Origin: Bacteroidota bacterium | Lineage (GTDB): Bacteria; Bacteroidota; Ignavibacteria; Kapaibacteriales; UBA961 | Length of the DNA stretch: 64,000 nt | Assembly: GCA_049317525.1 (NCBI GenBank) | Contig: JBMOIC010000002.1 | Span: 67,912-131,911 of the forward strand | Reading direction: 5' to 3' | Part shown: piece after piece, positions 39,810 through 50,399 of the stretch | How positions within the stretch are numbered: the stretch's first letter is position 1 | How the letters are laid out: every line of letters begins with the position of its first letter | The notes under the pieces: generated by a model | What the model was told of the DNA's origin: nothing | Database searches by the model: none | The model's input: only the letters and a program-made list of their open reading frames with translations | Translations under genes and position numbers: made by a program

Positions 39810-42317
39810 ATGGCAAATCAACAAACAAAATCATTTGGTAAAAAAGCCCAAACTCACAGTTCCAATCCATTGATTCCAGAGAAATATCAAGATATAGCAT
39901 ATATAACTGCTCTATTTTTATCTGTTATTCTTTTTCTTTCTCCTGCTTTATTTACCGGGGGAAGCTTTAATGCATCAGACAATATTGCCTCTTTTAGTTT
40001 TGATACATATCTTAAAAATGCTTCTAAATCTGGTGAATTCCCTCAATGGATACCATATATATTTAGTGGGATGCCCAGTTATTCTGCGCTATTAACAACT
40101 GGGGATAGATCTTGGGACTTCTTATCCTCATTGTATTTTGGAATTTCTAAGTTGATGGGGATTGTTTTTAATAATGATATTGCAAGAATTGCCTTCCATT
40201 ATATCATGTATGCAATTGGTATGTATGCACTTATGAGATCTAAAGGAAAAGATAGATTTATTGCATTCTGCACTGGGTTTGCAGCAGTATTTTCTACTTT
40301 TATTATCACTTGGATCATGATCGGACATAATACTAAACCGATAGCATTAGCTACTTTTCCATTTATTTTATTATTCCTTGAAAAGTTAAGACATAAGTTT
40401 TCGCTAGGATATGCATCCGCACTTGTTCTTGCTGTACATGTTTTAGTTGAATCAACCCATGTTCAAATGGCCTATTATGGCATTATTACATTCGGTTTAT
40501 ATCTTATTGCTATAGGTATATCTTCAATCATAAAAAAAGAATCTTTACTAGGTATCATTCGCTCTTCGGTTGCTTTATTAATAGCTGGTATCCTAGCTTT
40601 TGGAATGTCTGCCGATAGATATTTAAGTGTACTTGAATACAAATCATCTTCTACAAGAGGATCTGGTCCGATTCAACAAAGTAAAGCTAAAGCCCAAGAC
40701 AATACTGGTGGATTTGATTATGATTATTGTACTAATTGGTCATTTAGTCCTGAAGAAACAATCACTTTTCTTGTTCCTAACTATTTCGGTTTTGGTAAAT
40801 TAGAATATAAGCCTAATAAAAATACAAAAGGACAAATTGTACAGTCATATTGGGGGCAAATGCCTTTTACTGATGCAGCTAACTATATGGGAATAGGTGT
40901 ATTAGCATTAGCATTAATTGGTATCATTGCTTTTAGAAAAGATATATTTATTCATTATTTGATTGCATTAAGTTTAATTTCTTTGTTTTTATCCTTTGGC
41001 AAAAACTTTCCCCTACTCTTTGATTTCTTCTATTATTATATGCCCGGATTTAACAATTTCCGTGCACCTATGATGGCTTTATGCGTTATGCAATTTGCTA
41101 TACCAATATTATTTGGTTATGGAATATCTGCTTTAACTATTTGGAGAGAAAACAGACATCCTGATCAAGATAAGATATTATATGCCATTGCAGGAGCCTT
41201 AGGTTTATTATTAGTTTCAAGCATATTTATCGAAGAAGGATCATATTCTGAAGCAATAGCACAGACACAAAAAATACCTCAAGAACTATTCCCTTTCATC
41301 TATTCTAGCATGAAATCTGACTGGTTCTTAACATCTTTTATTGGAATCATAACAGTAGCTATTTCATTGCTTTACGTGAAAGGAATTCTAAAAAAAGGAA
41401 TATTCTACACAGTATTCGCAATTATTCTTATCGTAGATTTATGGCGCGTTGCTGGACGCCCAATGGAAGTTAATAAGGGCGATGTGTTTAAGAATGAATT
41501 TACAATACCAGATTTTGTGAATTTTATTAAACAGGATAAGTCACTATACAGAATAGCAGATTATGTATACTTAACTCAAGGTAAAACTAATGTCCCAGCA
41601 TATTTCGAGCTTCAAAATGTTCATGGTTATCATTCTGCTAAAATGAGATTATATCAAGATGTATTAGATATAGCTGGTGGAGCAGGTGGAAATGCAATCA
41701 CAAATCCATTTTTGCTCAATTTATTAAATGTAAAATATATGGCAGCACCGCAGCCATTATTCGAAGGAATTAAACCTATTTATGAAAGTACGATGCAAAC
41801 TTCCCAAGGTTTGATGCCTACTTTAGTATATGATAATCCTGGTGTATTGCCCAGAGCCTTCTTTGTAGATTCAGTTATAGTAGCAAGTGATATATCTGTA
41901 TTAAATCATCTTAAAAATGGTGATTTCAACCCAAGGAAAATCGCTTATGTACATAATTCATTATCTAGCAAGATTGATAATGCATTAAATGCAAAAGCAA
42001 GAATACTATCATTTCAAAATGAAAGAATTGATATTCAAACAGAAAATTCAGGCAATAATTTTCTATTTGTTAGTGAATTATATTACCCTGTCAGTTGGAA
42101 ATGTTATATAGATGATAAAGAAACAGAAACGATTCAAACCAATTATGCGTTTCGAGGAATCATCGTTCCAGCTGGAAAGCACAAAGTATCATTTATCTAT
42201 CGTGGCCAAAGATTTGAGCAAGGTAAAATGATAAGTTTGATTGTTAATATTCTGACGACACTTTCTTTTGTTATTGCCTTTTTTCTTGAAAGAAGAAAAT
42301 CCAATAGCTTAACATGA
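39810..42317 (+). CDS. large polytopic membrane protein, YfhO-like / GT-C-type glycosyltransferase family (putative)
   Basis: 835 aa with ≥12 TM helices in the N-terminal two-thirds and a large C-terminal extracytoplasmic domain followed by a final TM. The architecture resembles the YfhO family. Confidence 0.5.
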   Translation: MANQQTKSFGKKAQTHSSNPLIPEKYQDIAYITALFLSVILFLSPALFTGGSFNASDNIASFSFDTYLKNASKSGEFPQWIPYIFSGMPSYSALLTTGDRSWDFLSSLYFGISKLMGIVFNNDIARIAFHYIMYAIGMYALMRSKGKDRFIAFCTGFAAVFSTFIITWIMIGHNTKPIALATFPFILLFLEKLRHKFSLGYASALVLAVHVLVESTHVQMAYYGIITFGLYLIAIGISSIIKKESLLGIIRSSVALLIAGILAFGMSADRYLSVLEYKSSSTRGSGPIQQSKAKAQDNTGGFDYDYCTNWSFSPEETITFLVPNYFGFGKLEYKPNKNTKGQIVQSYWGQMPFTDAANYMGIGVLALALIGIIAFRKDIFIHYLIALSLISLFLSFGKNFPLLFDFFYYYMPGFNNFRAPMMALCVMQFAIPILFGYGISALTIWRENRHPDQDKILYAIAGALGLLLVSSIFIEEGSYSEAIAQTQKIPQELFPFIYSSMKSDWFLTSFIGIITVAISLLYVKGILKKGIFYTVFAIILIVDLWRVAGRPMEVNKGDVFKNEFTIPDFVNFIKQDKSLYRIADYVYLTQGKTNVPAYFELQNVHGYHSAKMRLYQDVLDIAGGAGGNAITNPFLLNLLNVKYMAAPQPLFEGIKPIYESTMQTSQGLMPTLVYDNPGVLPRAFFVDSVIVASDISVLNHLKNGDFNPRKIAYVHNSLSSKIDNALNAKARILSFQNERIDIQTENSGNNFLFVSELYYPVSWKCYIDDKETETIQTNYAFRGIIVPAGKHKVSFIYRGQRFEQGKMISLIVNILTTLSFVIAFFLERRKSNSLT

Positions 42318-42351
42318 TTGCTTTTGCTCAATAATTTGCCGGATGATATAG

Positions 42352-43782
42352 ATGTCTAGAAAACAAAAAAGACAAGAAATAATAATTGAACAATTGACAA
42401 TTGAATCTCTTGGAAATGAGGGAGTAGCAATAGCTAGAAATGAAGAAGGAATTGTTCATTTTATTAAGCATGCTGCACCTGGCGATATTATAAAAGCAGA
42501 AATTAGACATAAGAAGAAACGCTATGCAGAAGGAATTATTAGAGAGATCATAGTACCCTCTTCTATAAGAATAGAACCAGTGTGTTCGCATGCGGGCACA
42601 TGTGGTGGATGTTCTTGGCAACATATTGGTTATGAGCATCAATTATATTGGAAAAAACAGCATACAATTGATGTTTTTGATAGAATTGGGAAAATTCCTT
42701 ATAATCATATAGCAGACACTTTACCTTCGCCTCAGCAATTGTATTATCGCAATAAAATGGAATTCTCATTTGGTTCTAGCAAATGGTTAACAGAAGATCA
42801 AATTGCTAGTGGAGAAGATTTCAAAAAAGATTTTGCCTTTGGACTTCATATTCCAGGTAGATTTGACAGGATATTAGATATTGAAGCTTGTTATATTCAG
42901 CCCAAAGCTGGAAATGCTATCCTTAATTTAATACGAGATAAAGCTTTAGAATGTTCAATAAGTGCATATAATCCTAGAACTCATGGTGGATTTTTAAGAA
43001 CTTTATTAATAAGGTCAACTGTTGCAAATAATGAACTAATGTGTTTATTAATTACTCAAACCCCAAAAGAAGAAAGTGAATTTTCATTTCTTGATTGGTG
43101 GCAAAAAGAAGCTAAGCTGTTAATGCCTGATATCACTTCACTAGCAACAGTAGAAAACAATTCTTTATCTCCAATTGCTCAGGGTGAGATTACTTTTATG
43201 GATGGCTCGCCTTATATTACTGAACAGGTTCTAGGCATTAATTATCAAATTTCTCCATTCTCATTTTTTCAAACAAATTCTTATCAATTGCCATATTTGC
43301 TTCAGTCTATAATTAATCAAGCAGATATAACTCATGATGATATTGTATGGGACTTATATTGTGGGGCCGGAACAATATCTTTTCCAATTGCCCAAAAAGC
43401 AAAACATTGTATAGCTATAGAATTATCCCAAAGTTCAATTAATGATGCTAAGAAAAATCAAACAATTAATGAAGTTGAAAACATAGAATTTTATTGCTTT
43501 GATTTACACAAAAAACTAGCTATTGACTTTCTGCAAACATTATCAAAACCCGACATTATTATTATTGATCCTCCAAGGGCTGGAATAAACCAAATTTTAT
43601 TAGATCATCTATTAGAGATTGAATCTCCTAAACTTATCTATGTTTCTTGTAATCCGGCAACTCAAGCAAGAGATTGTGCAATTCTATCTGAAAAATATAT
43701 TATAACACATATTCAACCAGTGGATATGTTTCCTCATACTGCTCATATTGAATCTATAGCAACATTAATACTAAAGCCATAA
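42352..43782 (+). CDS. rlmD: 23S rRNA (uracil-5-)-methyltransferase RlmD/RumA
   Basis: N-terminal TRAM domain, a [4Fe-4S] Cys cluster (CSHAGTCGGCSWQH), a SAM-MTase core and a DPPRAG motif. Confidence 0.85.
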   Translation: MSRKQKRQEIIIEQLTIESLGNEGVAIARNEEGIVHFIKHAAPGDIIKAEIRHKKKRYAEGIIREIIVPSSIRIEPVCSHAGTCGGCSWQHIGYEHQLYWKKQHTIDVFDRIGKIPYNHIADTLPSPQQLYYRNKMEFSFGSSKWLTEDQIASGEDFKKDFAFGLHIPGRFDRILDIEACYIQPKAGNAILNLIRDKALECSISAYNPRTHGGFLRTLLIRSTVANNELMCLLITQTPKEESEFSFLDWWQKEAKLLMPDITSLATVENNSLSPIAQGEITFMDGSPYITEQVLGINYQISPFSFFQTNSYQLPYLLQSIINQADITHDDIVWDLYCGAGTISFPIAQKAKHCIAIELSQSSINDAKKNQTINEVENIEFYCFDLHKKLAIDFLQTLSKPDIIIIDPPRAGINQILLDHLLEIESPKLIYVSCNPATQARDCAILSEKYIITHIQPVDMFPHTAHIESIATLILKP

Positions 43783-43878
43783 TACTATTGCAATATTTCT
43801 GATATCTATATCCAGATAATTTTCCTAATTTATTAGAAAATTAAGCGTAGTATTCTACCCCAAGTTCAAAGCAGACAC

Positions 43879-45897
43879 ATGAAATGTTTTATCATCATAT
43901 TCTTGCATCTTATTTCTTGTAATTTGTTTGCCCAAGATGAATTGAATCTTCGTAAAGATTCTATGATTATCACTAAAAGGACAATTCAAGACAAAAGTTC
44001 TTTTAGATATGGAATTTTGGGAGGTATTTCTTCAATTCAGAATACATCTTCTTTGTCTATAGTGCCTGGAGCAACAGATTGTGGCTATTTAACAGGCGGG
44101 AATGCACAAGGCACTTTTGGAGGTATTCACGTAGATTACTTTGTTTTAGATGATTATTTAAGTTTATCCGGTAGAATACTCTATGCAAGCAGACCTGCTA
44201 CATTAACAGCGGAAACATCCAATTATCTTGTATTAAATCAAGATTTGCAATATTCTCCCTTAACCATAGAGCATAATTTTACTACAGAGTTGGAATATAT
44301 TATTGCTGATTTAGGAATAAACTTTCAACCATTTCAAAACTTTCCTGTGTATTGCAGAACAAGCTTTGATATTGGCGACTCACAGATCAAAAACTCTTAT
44401 CTTCAGTATGAAAAAATACTTTCTCCAATCAATGTATTATTCCCTAATAATACAAAGATTCGAGTTACAGGTACAGGCTCTTTAGAAACTGCTTTGTCTT
44501 ATGGTGTTAATATTGCAGTTGGCGCATATATTGAATTTCAACCATCTCTATATATTAATCCAGAAATACATGTTCGCAAAGGTTTAAATTCTATTCTTCA
44601 AAATGATCAATCATGGACAATTTCATCAGTAGACGCTTCTATTGGAATAATGTATAGATATCATTCATCAGTTGAAATTATTGATACTCAATACATTAAT
44701 AATGTCCCTTTAATTCCGCCCCCCACTCCAATTGTAAATCTTATTCCGCCGGTAGCTATTGGAACAATTTCATCAAATCCATTATCAATCCAAGAAACAA
44801 TTGTCACACAAACATTTCCATTATTGCCATATATATTTTTTGACAGTATATCAACGGAAGTTACATCGCGCTATCTAATTGATAATAGATCTTTTACAGA
44901 ATCCAACTTGTCGAAAGAGACATTAAAAACGTATTATAATATGATAAATATTATTGCCAATAGGATGAAATTATATCCCCAAAGTTCTATACTTTTAACA
45001 GGAACTACCGATGGAAAAGAACTCTCATCAATTGCCAAAAGAAATCAATTGGCTCTGCAAAGAGCAGAATCTATAAAGAACATACTAGTTTCTCAATTTT
45101 TAATAGATTCAAAGAGAATTGCAGTCAAATACAGAGATGTGCCTGTATCTTCTTCTTCAGATAAATATCCAGAAGGAATAGAAGAAAATAGAAGAGTGGA
45201 AATATCATCTGAAAATATTGAATTATTGCAGCCTGTTATTCATACAAAGTTTCAAGAGTTTGCTCCTATTTATAAAACTCAAATGTTTAAGACAAGTGTC
45301 GATACCCCTTCTATTGTGCAATCATGGCGTCTTGATATTTCATATAAAGGACAAGCTATTTCCAGTATTAATAATAATGGAATACCTCCAGAGCAGCTTG
45401 AGATTGAATTAGATTCTAAAGATTTAATTGCATTAGGAAATTCAATAGATATATCAGATTCTTTGGATGCTTCTTTAACCATTAAACAAGATAATGACAT
45501 AGAACATGTATCTACTTGTAAATTGGCCATTAATAAAACAATGAATCAATTTGAAATAAGTAGGCTTAGCTTGATTGTTTTTGATTTTGACCAAAGTGAT
45601 ATATCAGATATAAATAAATCTATGATGAAGTCTTTTGTAAGAGATGCCTTAAAGCCTAATTCTATTGCTACGATTAGAGGTTCTACTGATAGATTGGGTG
45701 AGATTGAATATAATGAAGAGTTATCTGCAAATAGAGCAAATACAGTAAGAGATTATTTAAAAAGTATACAACCAACAATAAATATTGGGTCTACAAAAGG
45801 TATAGGTGCATCTCTTTTACCTTTTGATAACAATTTAGCAGAAGGTCGTTATTACTGTAGAACAGTATCGGTAGAAGTAAAAACTCCACGACAATAA
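43879..45897 (+). CDS. outer-membrane protein with two tandem C-terminal OmpA-like peptidoglycan-binding domains
   Basis: Signal peptide, β-rich N-terminal half, then two OmpA_C-like segments (…NQLALQRAESIKNIL…NRRVEISS and …EELSANRANTVRDYL…GRYYCRTVSVEV). Confidence 0.7.
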   Translation: MKCFIIIFLHLISCNLFAQDELNLRKDSMIITKRTIQDKSSFRYGILGGISSIQNTSSLSIVPGATDCGYLTGGNAQGTFGGIHVDYFVLDDYLSLSGRILYASRPATLTAETSNYLVLNQDLQYSPLTIEHNFTTELEYIIADLGINFQPFQNFPVYCRTSFDIGDSQIKNSYLQYEKILSPINVLFPNNTKIRVTGTGSLETALSYGVNIAVGAYIEFQPSLYINPEIHVRKGLNSILQNDQSWTISSVDASIGIMYRYHSSVEIIDTQYINNVPLIPPPTPIVNLIPPVAIGTISSNPLSIQETIVTQTFPLLPYIFFDSISTEVTSRYLIDNRSFTESNLSKETLKTYYNMINIIANRMKLYPQSSILLTGTTDGKELSSIAKRNQLALQRAESIKNILVSQFLIDSKRIAVKYRDVPVSSSSDKYPEGIEENRRVEISSENIELLQPVIHTKFQEFAPIYKTQMFKTSVDTPSIVQSWRLDISYKGQAISSINNNGIPPEQLEIELDSKDLIALGNSIDISDSLDASLTIKQDNDIEHVSTCKLAINKTMNQFEISRLSLIVFDFDQSDISDINKSMMKSFVRDALKPNSIATIRGSTDRLGEIEYNEELSANRANTVRDYLKSIQPTINIGSTKGIGASLLPFDNNLAEGRYYCRTVSVEVKTPRQ

Positions 45898-45901
45898 TAC
45901 T

Positions 45902-46414
45902 TTAAAATGTTATTGTAATAGCATTTATTACACTATTATACTTAACTGGAAATGAAGTTAATGAAGTTGCACTTCCAGAAGTAGGTTGTTTCACTACAAT
46001 GCCTGATTCCGGATTAAATTCAGCTCCATGGCATGCACAATATATATTTGAGTATTCTGTGTCTGGTGGTTGAACGGAACAACCTTGATGTGAGCATATA
46101 CTTGTAACAGCTAAAAAAGAGGATTCAGTTAATCGAATAATTAAGATGTCTTTATTATTATTTTGATTAGGTACATTTATATAGGCAGCCCCACCTACTT
46201 TACTTAATTCTTCTAATCCAGATGTATTCAAAGGAATATCTATTTGAGTACCATTTGATGAGTTTCCAGAAGGTGTTTCATTTGATTCACAAGATTGTAT
46301 GAAACCAGCCAAGCTTCCAGCACAGAATATGATTCCAGTATTTTGTAAAGCATTGGAAATGAATTGTCTTCTTGTTGGAATTACTGATAATTGGGGTACA
46401 ATGTTATCTTTCAT
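45902..46414 (-). CDS. Tat-signal Rieske [2Fe-2S] protein (high-potential type with the disulfide cysteines)
   Basis: Twin-arginine motif TRRQFISNAL followed by a hydrophobic segment. Rieske box I CSHQGC and box II CACHGAEF are present. 170 aa. Confidence 0.8.
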   Translation of the reverse strand: MKDNIVPQLSVIPTRRQFISNALQNTGIIFCAGSLAGFIQSCESNETPSGNSSNGTQIDIPLNTSGLEELSKVGGAAYINVPNQNNNKDILIIRLTESSFLAVTSICSHQGCSVQPPDTEYSNIYCACHGAEFNPESGIVVKQPTSGSATSLTSFPVKYNSVINAITITF

Positions 46415-46429
46415 ATATCAACTTTCATA

Positions 46430-47641
46430 TTAATAGTACAAATGTAATTGTGCGCCCCATCGAGATATATAACCTGGAGCTGAAGTATCGAAAATTCTAT
46501 ATTCTGGTCTAATTTCAATATTTGGCATAGGAAATATTTGTGCTCCAAATACCATTTGTTTTATGACAGACTGATATGAATTATTTACGATTAACTCTGA
46601 ATATTCAAATCGAGTAAAAGGCAGAAACCAAGTAGTTGCTTGCCAAGTAAGTTCTGCTAAATAACTTGAATTTTTTCCCTTTTCTCTGAAATCATTTATT
46701 AATGGCATCTTTCTGCTAGTTATATCTTGTAAGTTAGATAGAGACATATCAACCATGAAAGAAAGCTTATCAGTTAATCCAATCCCCATGAATGCATTTA
46801 TCAATGAAAATTCGTGATTGTGTAATATTGAAGTTCCAATATATGAATTGATACTATTATCAAAAAATCTAGGCCAATAGACAGCTCTAGCCGAATACAT
46901 CAAAGATCCTTTATCAATATTACTCACGCTATTTTGTTGAGCCGTAGCATTAGAAAACACACCTGCATTCACGGTTAATTCATGAATACTCTCATAAGTG
47001 AACTCAACTCCTGCAGCAGAAAAATAGGGAGCTAATATTGTCATAGAATTATACGGTGTAATAACATTTTCATTTATCCAACCAGCAGATAATTGACGAA
47101 TCATCATTGTATGATCATCATATCTAATGCCAATTGTTGGCTGAAAAAAACCAAGTCTTAATTGTGGTAAAGAATTATCTGATTGTACAATCACAGAAGC
47201 AGACCAAGATTGCTGTCCAGGATATCTAACTGGCCCTATATTATAATTCCCCTCAGCTTGTAACCATGGTAATAATTGATAATTGCCATATATAGACATC
47301 TGCATTGGTAGAATTCTTTGCTCTTTTGATTCATTTCTTGAGCGTATTAGTTGTAATCTCATATCAAAACCAATATTGCCTTTATTACCAATCATTGATC
47401 TAATAGAATCTTGTAATCCCCACAAGCCTTCAGCATTAATGTTTTCAGGATTAAATGCACCGACATCTCTATAAGAATACCAACCTAGATCATTTCTTAA
47501 ACCAGATCCTTGGCTATTTACATGGCAACTAGAACATCTATTTCCAGATATAAGTGAAAATTGAGGTAGCGCAAATAATTGTACACTATATATCAAAATG
47601 TAAGCACAACAAATAATCAAAAGGCGCATGATTTTAAACAA
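46430..47641 (-). CDS. outer-membrane fused monoheme cytochrome c-porin, Cyc2-like (candidate)
   Basis: Signal peptide (…VQLFA|LPQ). The mature protein has only two Cys, both in a CSSCH heme c motif ~12 residues after the cleavage site. The remaining ~360 aa is β-rich with alternating hydrophobicity and a C-terminal aromatic strand (…WGAQLHLYY), which is typical of OM β-barrels. Confidence 0.55.
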   Translation of the reverse strand: MFKIMRLLIICCAYILIYSVQLFALPQFSLISGNRCSSCHVNSQGSGLRNDLGWYSYRDVGAFNPENINAEGLWGLQDSIRSMIGNKGNIGFDMRLQLIRSRNESKEQRILPMQMSIYGNYQLLPWLQAEGNYNIGPVRYPGQQSWSASVIVQSDNSLPQLRLGFFQPTIGIRYDDHTMMIRQLSAGWINENVITPYNSMTILAPYFSAAGVEFTYESIHELTVNAGVFSNATAQQNSVSNIDKGSLMYSARAVYWPRFFDNSINSYIGTSILHNHEFSLINAFMGIGLTDKLSFMVDMSLSNLQDITSRKMPLINDFREKGKNSSYLAELTWQATTWFLPFTRFEYSELIVNNSYQSVIKQMVFGAQIFPMPNIEIRPEYRIFDTSAPGYISRWGAQLHLYY

Positions 47642-47833
47642 TTAGAATAAATTTATATTTACTTGTACTTGGCAAATCTATCAAATATTATCATCTATTT
47701 TCTATATTGTTTTTAACTTTTTTTAAAATTTAATCTATTCATAATATTCAGATTTTATGCCTTTAGTAATGGAAAATTAGCTATATTTATGATACTATTT
47801 TTTGTTGCAATATTTTTATCTTTTTGTATTTAG

Positions 47834-49570
47834 ATGTACCAATCGAAACTTTTTACTCCTACACTTAAAGAAGCACCTTCTGAGGCTCAAATTCCTTCTC
47901 ATATATTAATGTTAAGGGCAGGTTTAGTTCGTCAATTAGGGGCAGGAATTTTCTCATTCTTACCATTGGGATATCGCATTGTAAAAAAGGTAATGCACAT
48001 TATCCGTACAGAAATGGATAGAATTGGCGGACAAGAGTTTCATTTACCTGCTTTAAACCCAATAGAAATATGGGAGCAAACTGGTCGAGTTGAGGCCATG
48101 GGTGATGTTATGTTTCACATTAAAAATAGGGATGGCTTAGTATTAGCCCCTACTCATGAAGAAATAATGACATATCATGCAAGGCAACATATAAAATCAT
48201 ATAGAGATATGCCTCAAATTTGGTATCAAATACAAACAAAATTTAGAAATGAGCCAAGGCCTAAATCTGGTGTTTTACGTGGAAGACAATTCACAATGAA
48301 AGATTCATATTCATTGGATAATTCATGGGAAGCATTAGATTCTAGCTATGATAAACATGCCGAAGCATATAGAGAAATATATAAAAAGTCTGGATTAAAG
48401 TTTTTTGTTGTAGGAGCTTCTTCAGGTTCAATGGGTGGCAGTGATTCACAGGAATTTATGGTAGAATCTTCATTTGGTGAAGATACATGTGCTATATGTG
48501 ATATTTCTGGATATGCAGCAAATATAGAGGTAGCAACTAGTGCTTTACAGCCAATAGGTAGAATCCAAAGTGATGATTTACCAACAAAATTTGCTACTCC
48601 ACATGCTAAAACAATTAATGATTTAGTAGAACAGTTTAACTTTGATAAAAACAGATGCGCTAAATCAGTAGTATATATTGCAGATTCTAAGCCTTATTTA
48701 ATTCTTATGCGTGGAAATGACGAGTTAAATGAAGCTAAGTTTCAACATTTTATTGGGGCTATTCAATGTCGAGCAGCTGATGCAGATGAATTATTGCATA
48801 TTACAGGTGCTCATGCTGGATCAATAGGGCCAATAGGTATTAATTCAACATGTACTATTTATGCAGATAATCTTCTTAAAGATGCTAATGGCCTTATTTG
48901 TGGAGCAAATGAGGATGGTTATCATTATTCATCATTAGATTTATTAAGAGATACAAATGTTCATGCATATGCAGATTTCAGAGTAGTTCATGAAGGTGAG
49001 CCTTGTATTAATGGAAATAATCCTTTAAGAATTGTGAATGCTATTGAGGTTGGACATATCTTTAAATTAGGTACGAAATATTCACAAGCCCTTGGTGCAA
49101 CATTTGTAGATGAACAAGGAAAAGATCATCCTATTATCATGGGCAGTTATGGCATAGGTGTAGAAAGAATAATAGCTTGTGCAATTGAACAAAACCATGA
49201 TGATAAAGGAATTATGTGGCCTTTATCAATTGCACCATATCATGTTCATTTATTAGGATTAGGTTTACATAAATCGGCAGAAGCAGTTAAAGCATGTTCT
49301 GATATCCATACTATGTTAGAAAATTCTGGTATTGAATGTTTATTCGACGATAGAGATATTTCACCAGGAATAAAGTTTAATGATGCTGATTTAATTGGTA
49401 TTACATTTCAACTTATTGTTGGAGACAAAGGCCTAAATCAACATCAATTAGAATTGAAAATTCGTGCAACTGGTGAACGTATTCTTATACCGATTAGCGA
49501 AGAGCATGGTGGTTTAACGAATATATTAACGACGATACAAAAGCAAATAATACATAATACAATACAATGA
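47834..49570 (+). CDS. proS: prolyl-tRNA synthetase (bacterial type with INS editing domain)
   Basis: Class II aaRS motifs and a YbaK-like insertion are present. 578 aa, with the typical ProRS N-terminus MYQSKLFTPTLKEAPSEAQIPSHILMLRAG. Confidence 0.92.
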   Translation: MYQSKLFTPTLKEAPSEAQIPSHILMLRAGLVRQLGAGIFSFLPLGYRIVKKVMHIIRTEMDRIGGQEFHLPALNPIEIWEQTGRVEAMGDVMFHIKNRDGLVLAPTHEEIMTYHARQHIKSYRDMPQIWYQIQTKFRNEPRPKSGVLRGRQFTMKDSYSLDNSWEALDSSYDKHAEAYREIYKKSGLKFFVVGASSGSMGGSDSQEFMVESSFGEDTCAICDISGYAANIEVATSALQPIGRIQSDDLPTKFATPHAKTINDLVEQFNFDKNRCAKSVVYIADSKPYLILMRGNDELNEAKFQHFIGAIQCRAADADELLHITGAHAGSIGPIGINSTCTIYADNLLKDANGLICGANEDGYHYSSLDLLRDTNVHAYADFRVVHEGEPCINGNNPLRIVNAIEVGHIFKLGTKYSQALGATFVDEQGKDHPIIMGSYGIGVERIIACAIEQNHDDKGIMWPLSIAPYHVHLLGLGLHKSAEAVKACSDIHTMLENSGIECLFDDRDISPGIKFNDADLIGITFQLIVGDKGLNQHQLELKIRATGERILIPISEEHGGLTNILTTIQKQIIHNTIQ

Positions 49571-50391
49571 ATCAATTAGCAGATTTACATACTCATACCA
49601 CATTTTCTGATGGTATACTATCTCCTACAGAGCTTTTTACCAAAGCTAAGGAAGTTGGTTTGAGTGCTATTGCTATTACTGATCATGATACCATGGATGG
49701 ATATTTAGCTTCAATCCACATTGCCGAAGAACTTGGCATTCAGCTTGTACCAGGAATCGAATTAAGCTGTTATGAAAATGCTAGAGATTATCATTTATTA
49801 GGATTTTTTCAAGATCCTGATAATCCTAATCTAAAGAAGAATCTTGAATTATTTAGACATGAAAGAGAAAAAAGAGCCGAAAGAATCGTTAGTAAATTAA
49901 ATAGACAAAATGTTGATGTTAGTTTTAATGATGTTTTAGATAAAGCTGGAGTTGCCCCAGTTGCTAGACCTCATATTGCAGCTGTTATGATAGAACAAGG
50001 TCATTCCCCTGATATCAAAAAAGCTTTTGATCAATATTTAAGTTATGGTAAACCTGCTTATGAACCCAAGTGGAATTTTCCTGTAGAACTTGGCGTTAAA
50101 TTACTTAATGAAGCAGGTGGTGTAGCTGTTTTAGCACATCCTGGTAGATATTTACCACAACAAATCTTAGCTAAGTTTATACAAAAAGGTTTAGATGGAA
50201 TCGAAGTTATCCATCCTTCTCATTCTGAAGAAACTCAAATATATTATAAATCTTTAGTCGATCATTATTGTTTGCTTTCAACTGGTGGATCTGATTTTCA
50301 TGGTTCGCGTGAATATGATGCAACAAATTTTGGAAAATTTACTGTACCTGTTTCAACAATAGAAGCAATGCAGTCTTTTTTGAAACATTAA
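49567..50391 (+). CDS. PHP-domain metal-dependent phosphoesterase (TrpH/YciV-like)
   Basis: N-terminal [11 protein letters not shown] and downstream His/Asp metal ligands (ITDHDT, AHPGRY). It overlaps the proS stop by 4 nt. Confidence 0.8.
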   Translation: MNQLADLHTHTTFSDGILSPTELFTKAKEVGLSAIAITDHDTMDGYLASIHIAEELGIQLVPGIELSCYENARDYHLLGFFQDPDNPNLKKNLELFRHEREKRAERIVSKLNRQNVDVSFNDVLDKAGVAPVARPHIAAVMIEQGHSPDIKKAFDQYLSYGKPAYEPKWNFPVELGVKLLNEAGGVAVLAHPGRYLPQQILAKFIQKGLDGIEVIHPSHSEETQIYYKSLVDHYCLLSTGGSDFHGSREYDATNFGKFTVPVSTIEAMQSFLKH

Positions 50392-50399
50392 TAATTATT

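Noticed and set aside
42328-42769. Minus-strand ORFs 42328..42642 and 42563..42769 over the rlmD 5' region
   Set aside because: Antisense to rlmD, whose TRAM and Fe-S motifs fix the plus-strand frame.
45218-45530. ORFs 45218..45412 (+) and 45279..45530 (-) inside the tandem OmpA-domain gene
   Set aside because: Out-of-frame or antisense overlaps.
47283-47474. 63-aa plus-strand ORF inside the Cyc2-like gene
   Set aside because: Antisense. The minus-strand frame has a signal peptide, the heme motif and the β-barrel terminus.
47642-47833. Possible TAnnTTTG element (tagatttg on the minus strand, about 47678-47685) upstream of the Cyc2-like gene
   Set aside because: The -7-like match has no suitably spaced -33 TTG. 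Such 8-mers are frequent in AT-rich DNA, so it was not reported as a feature.
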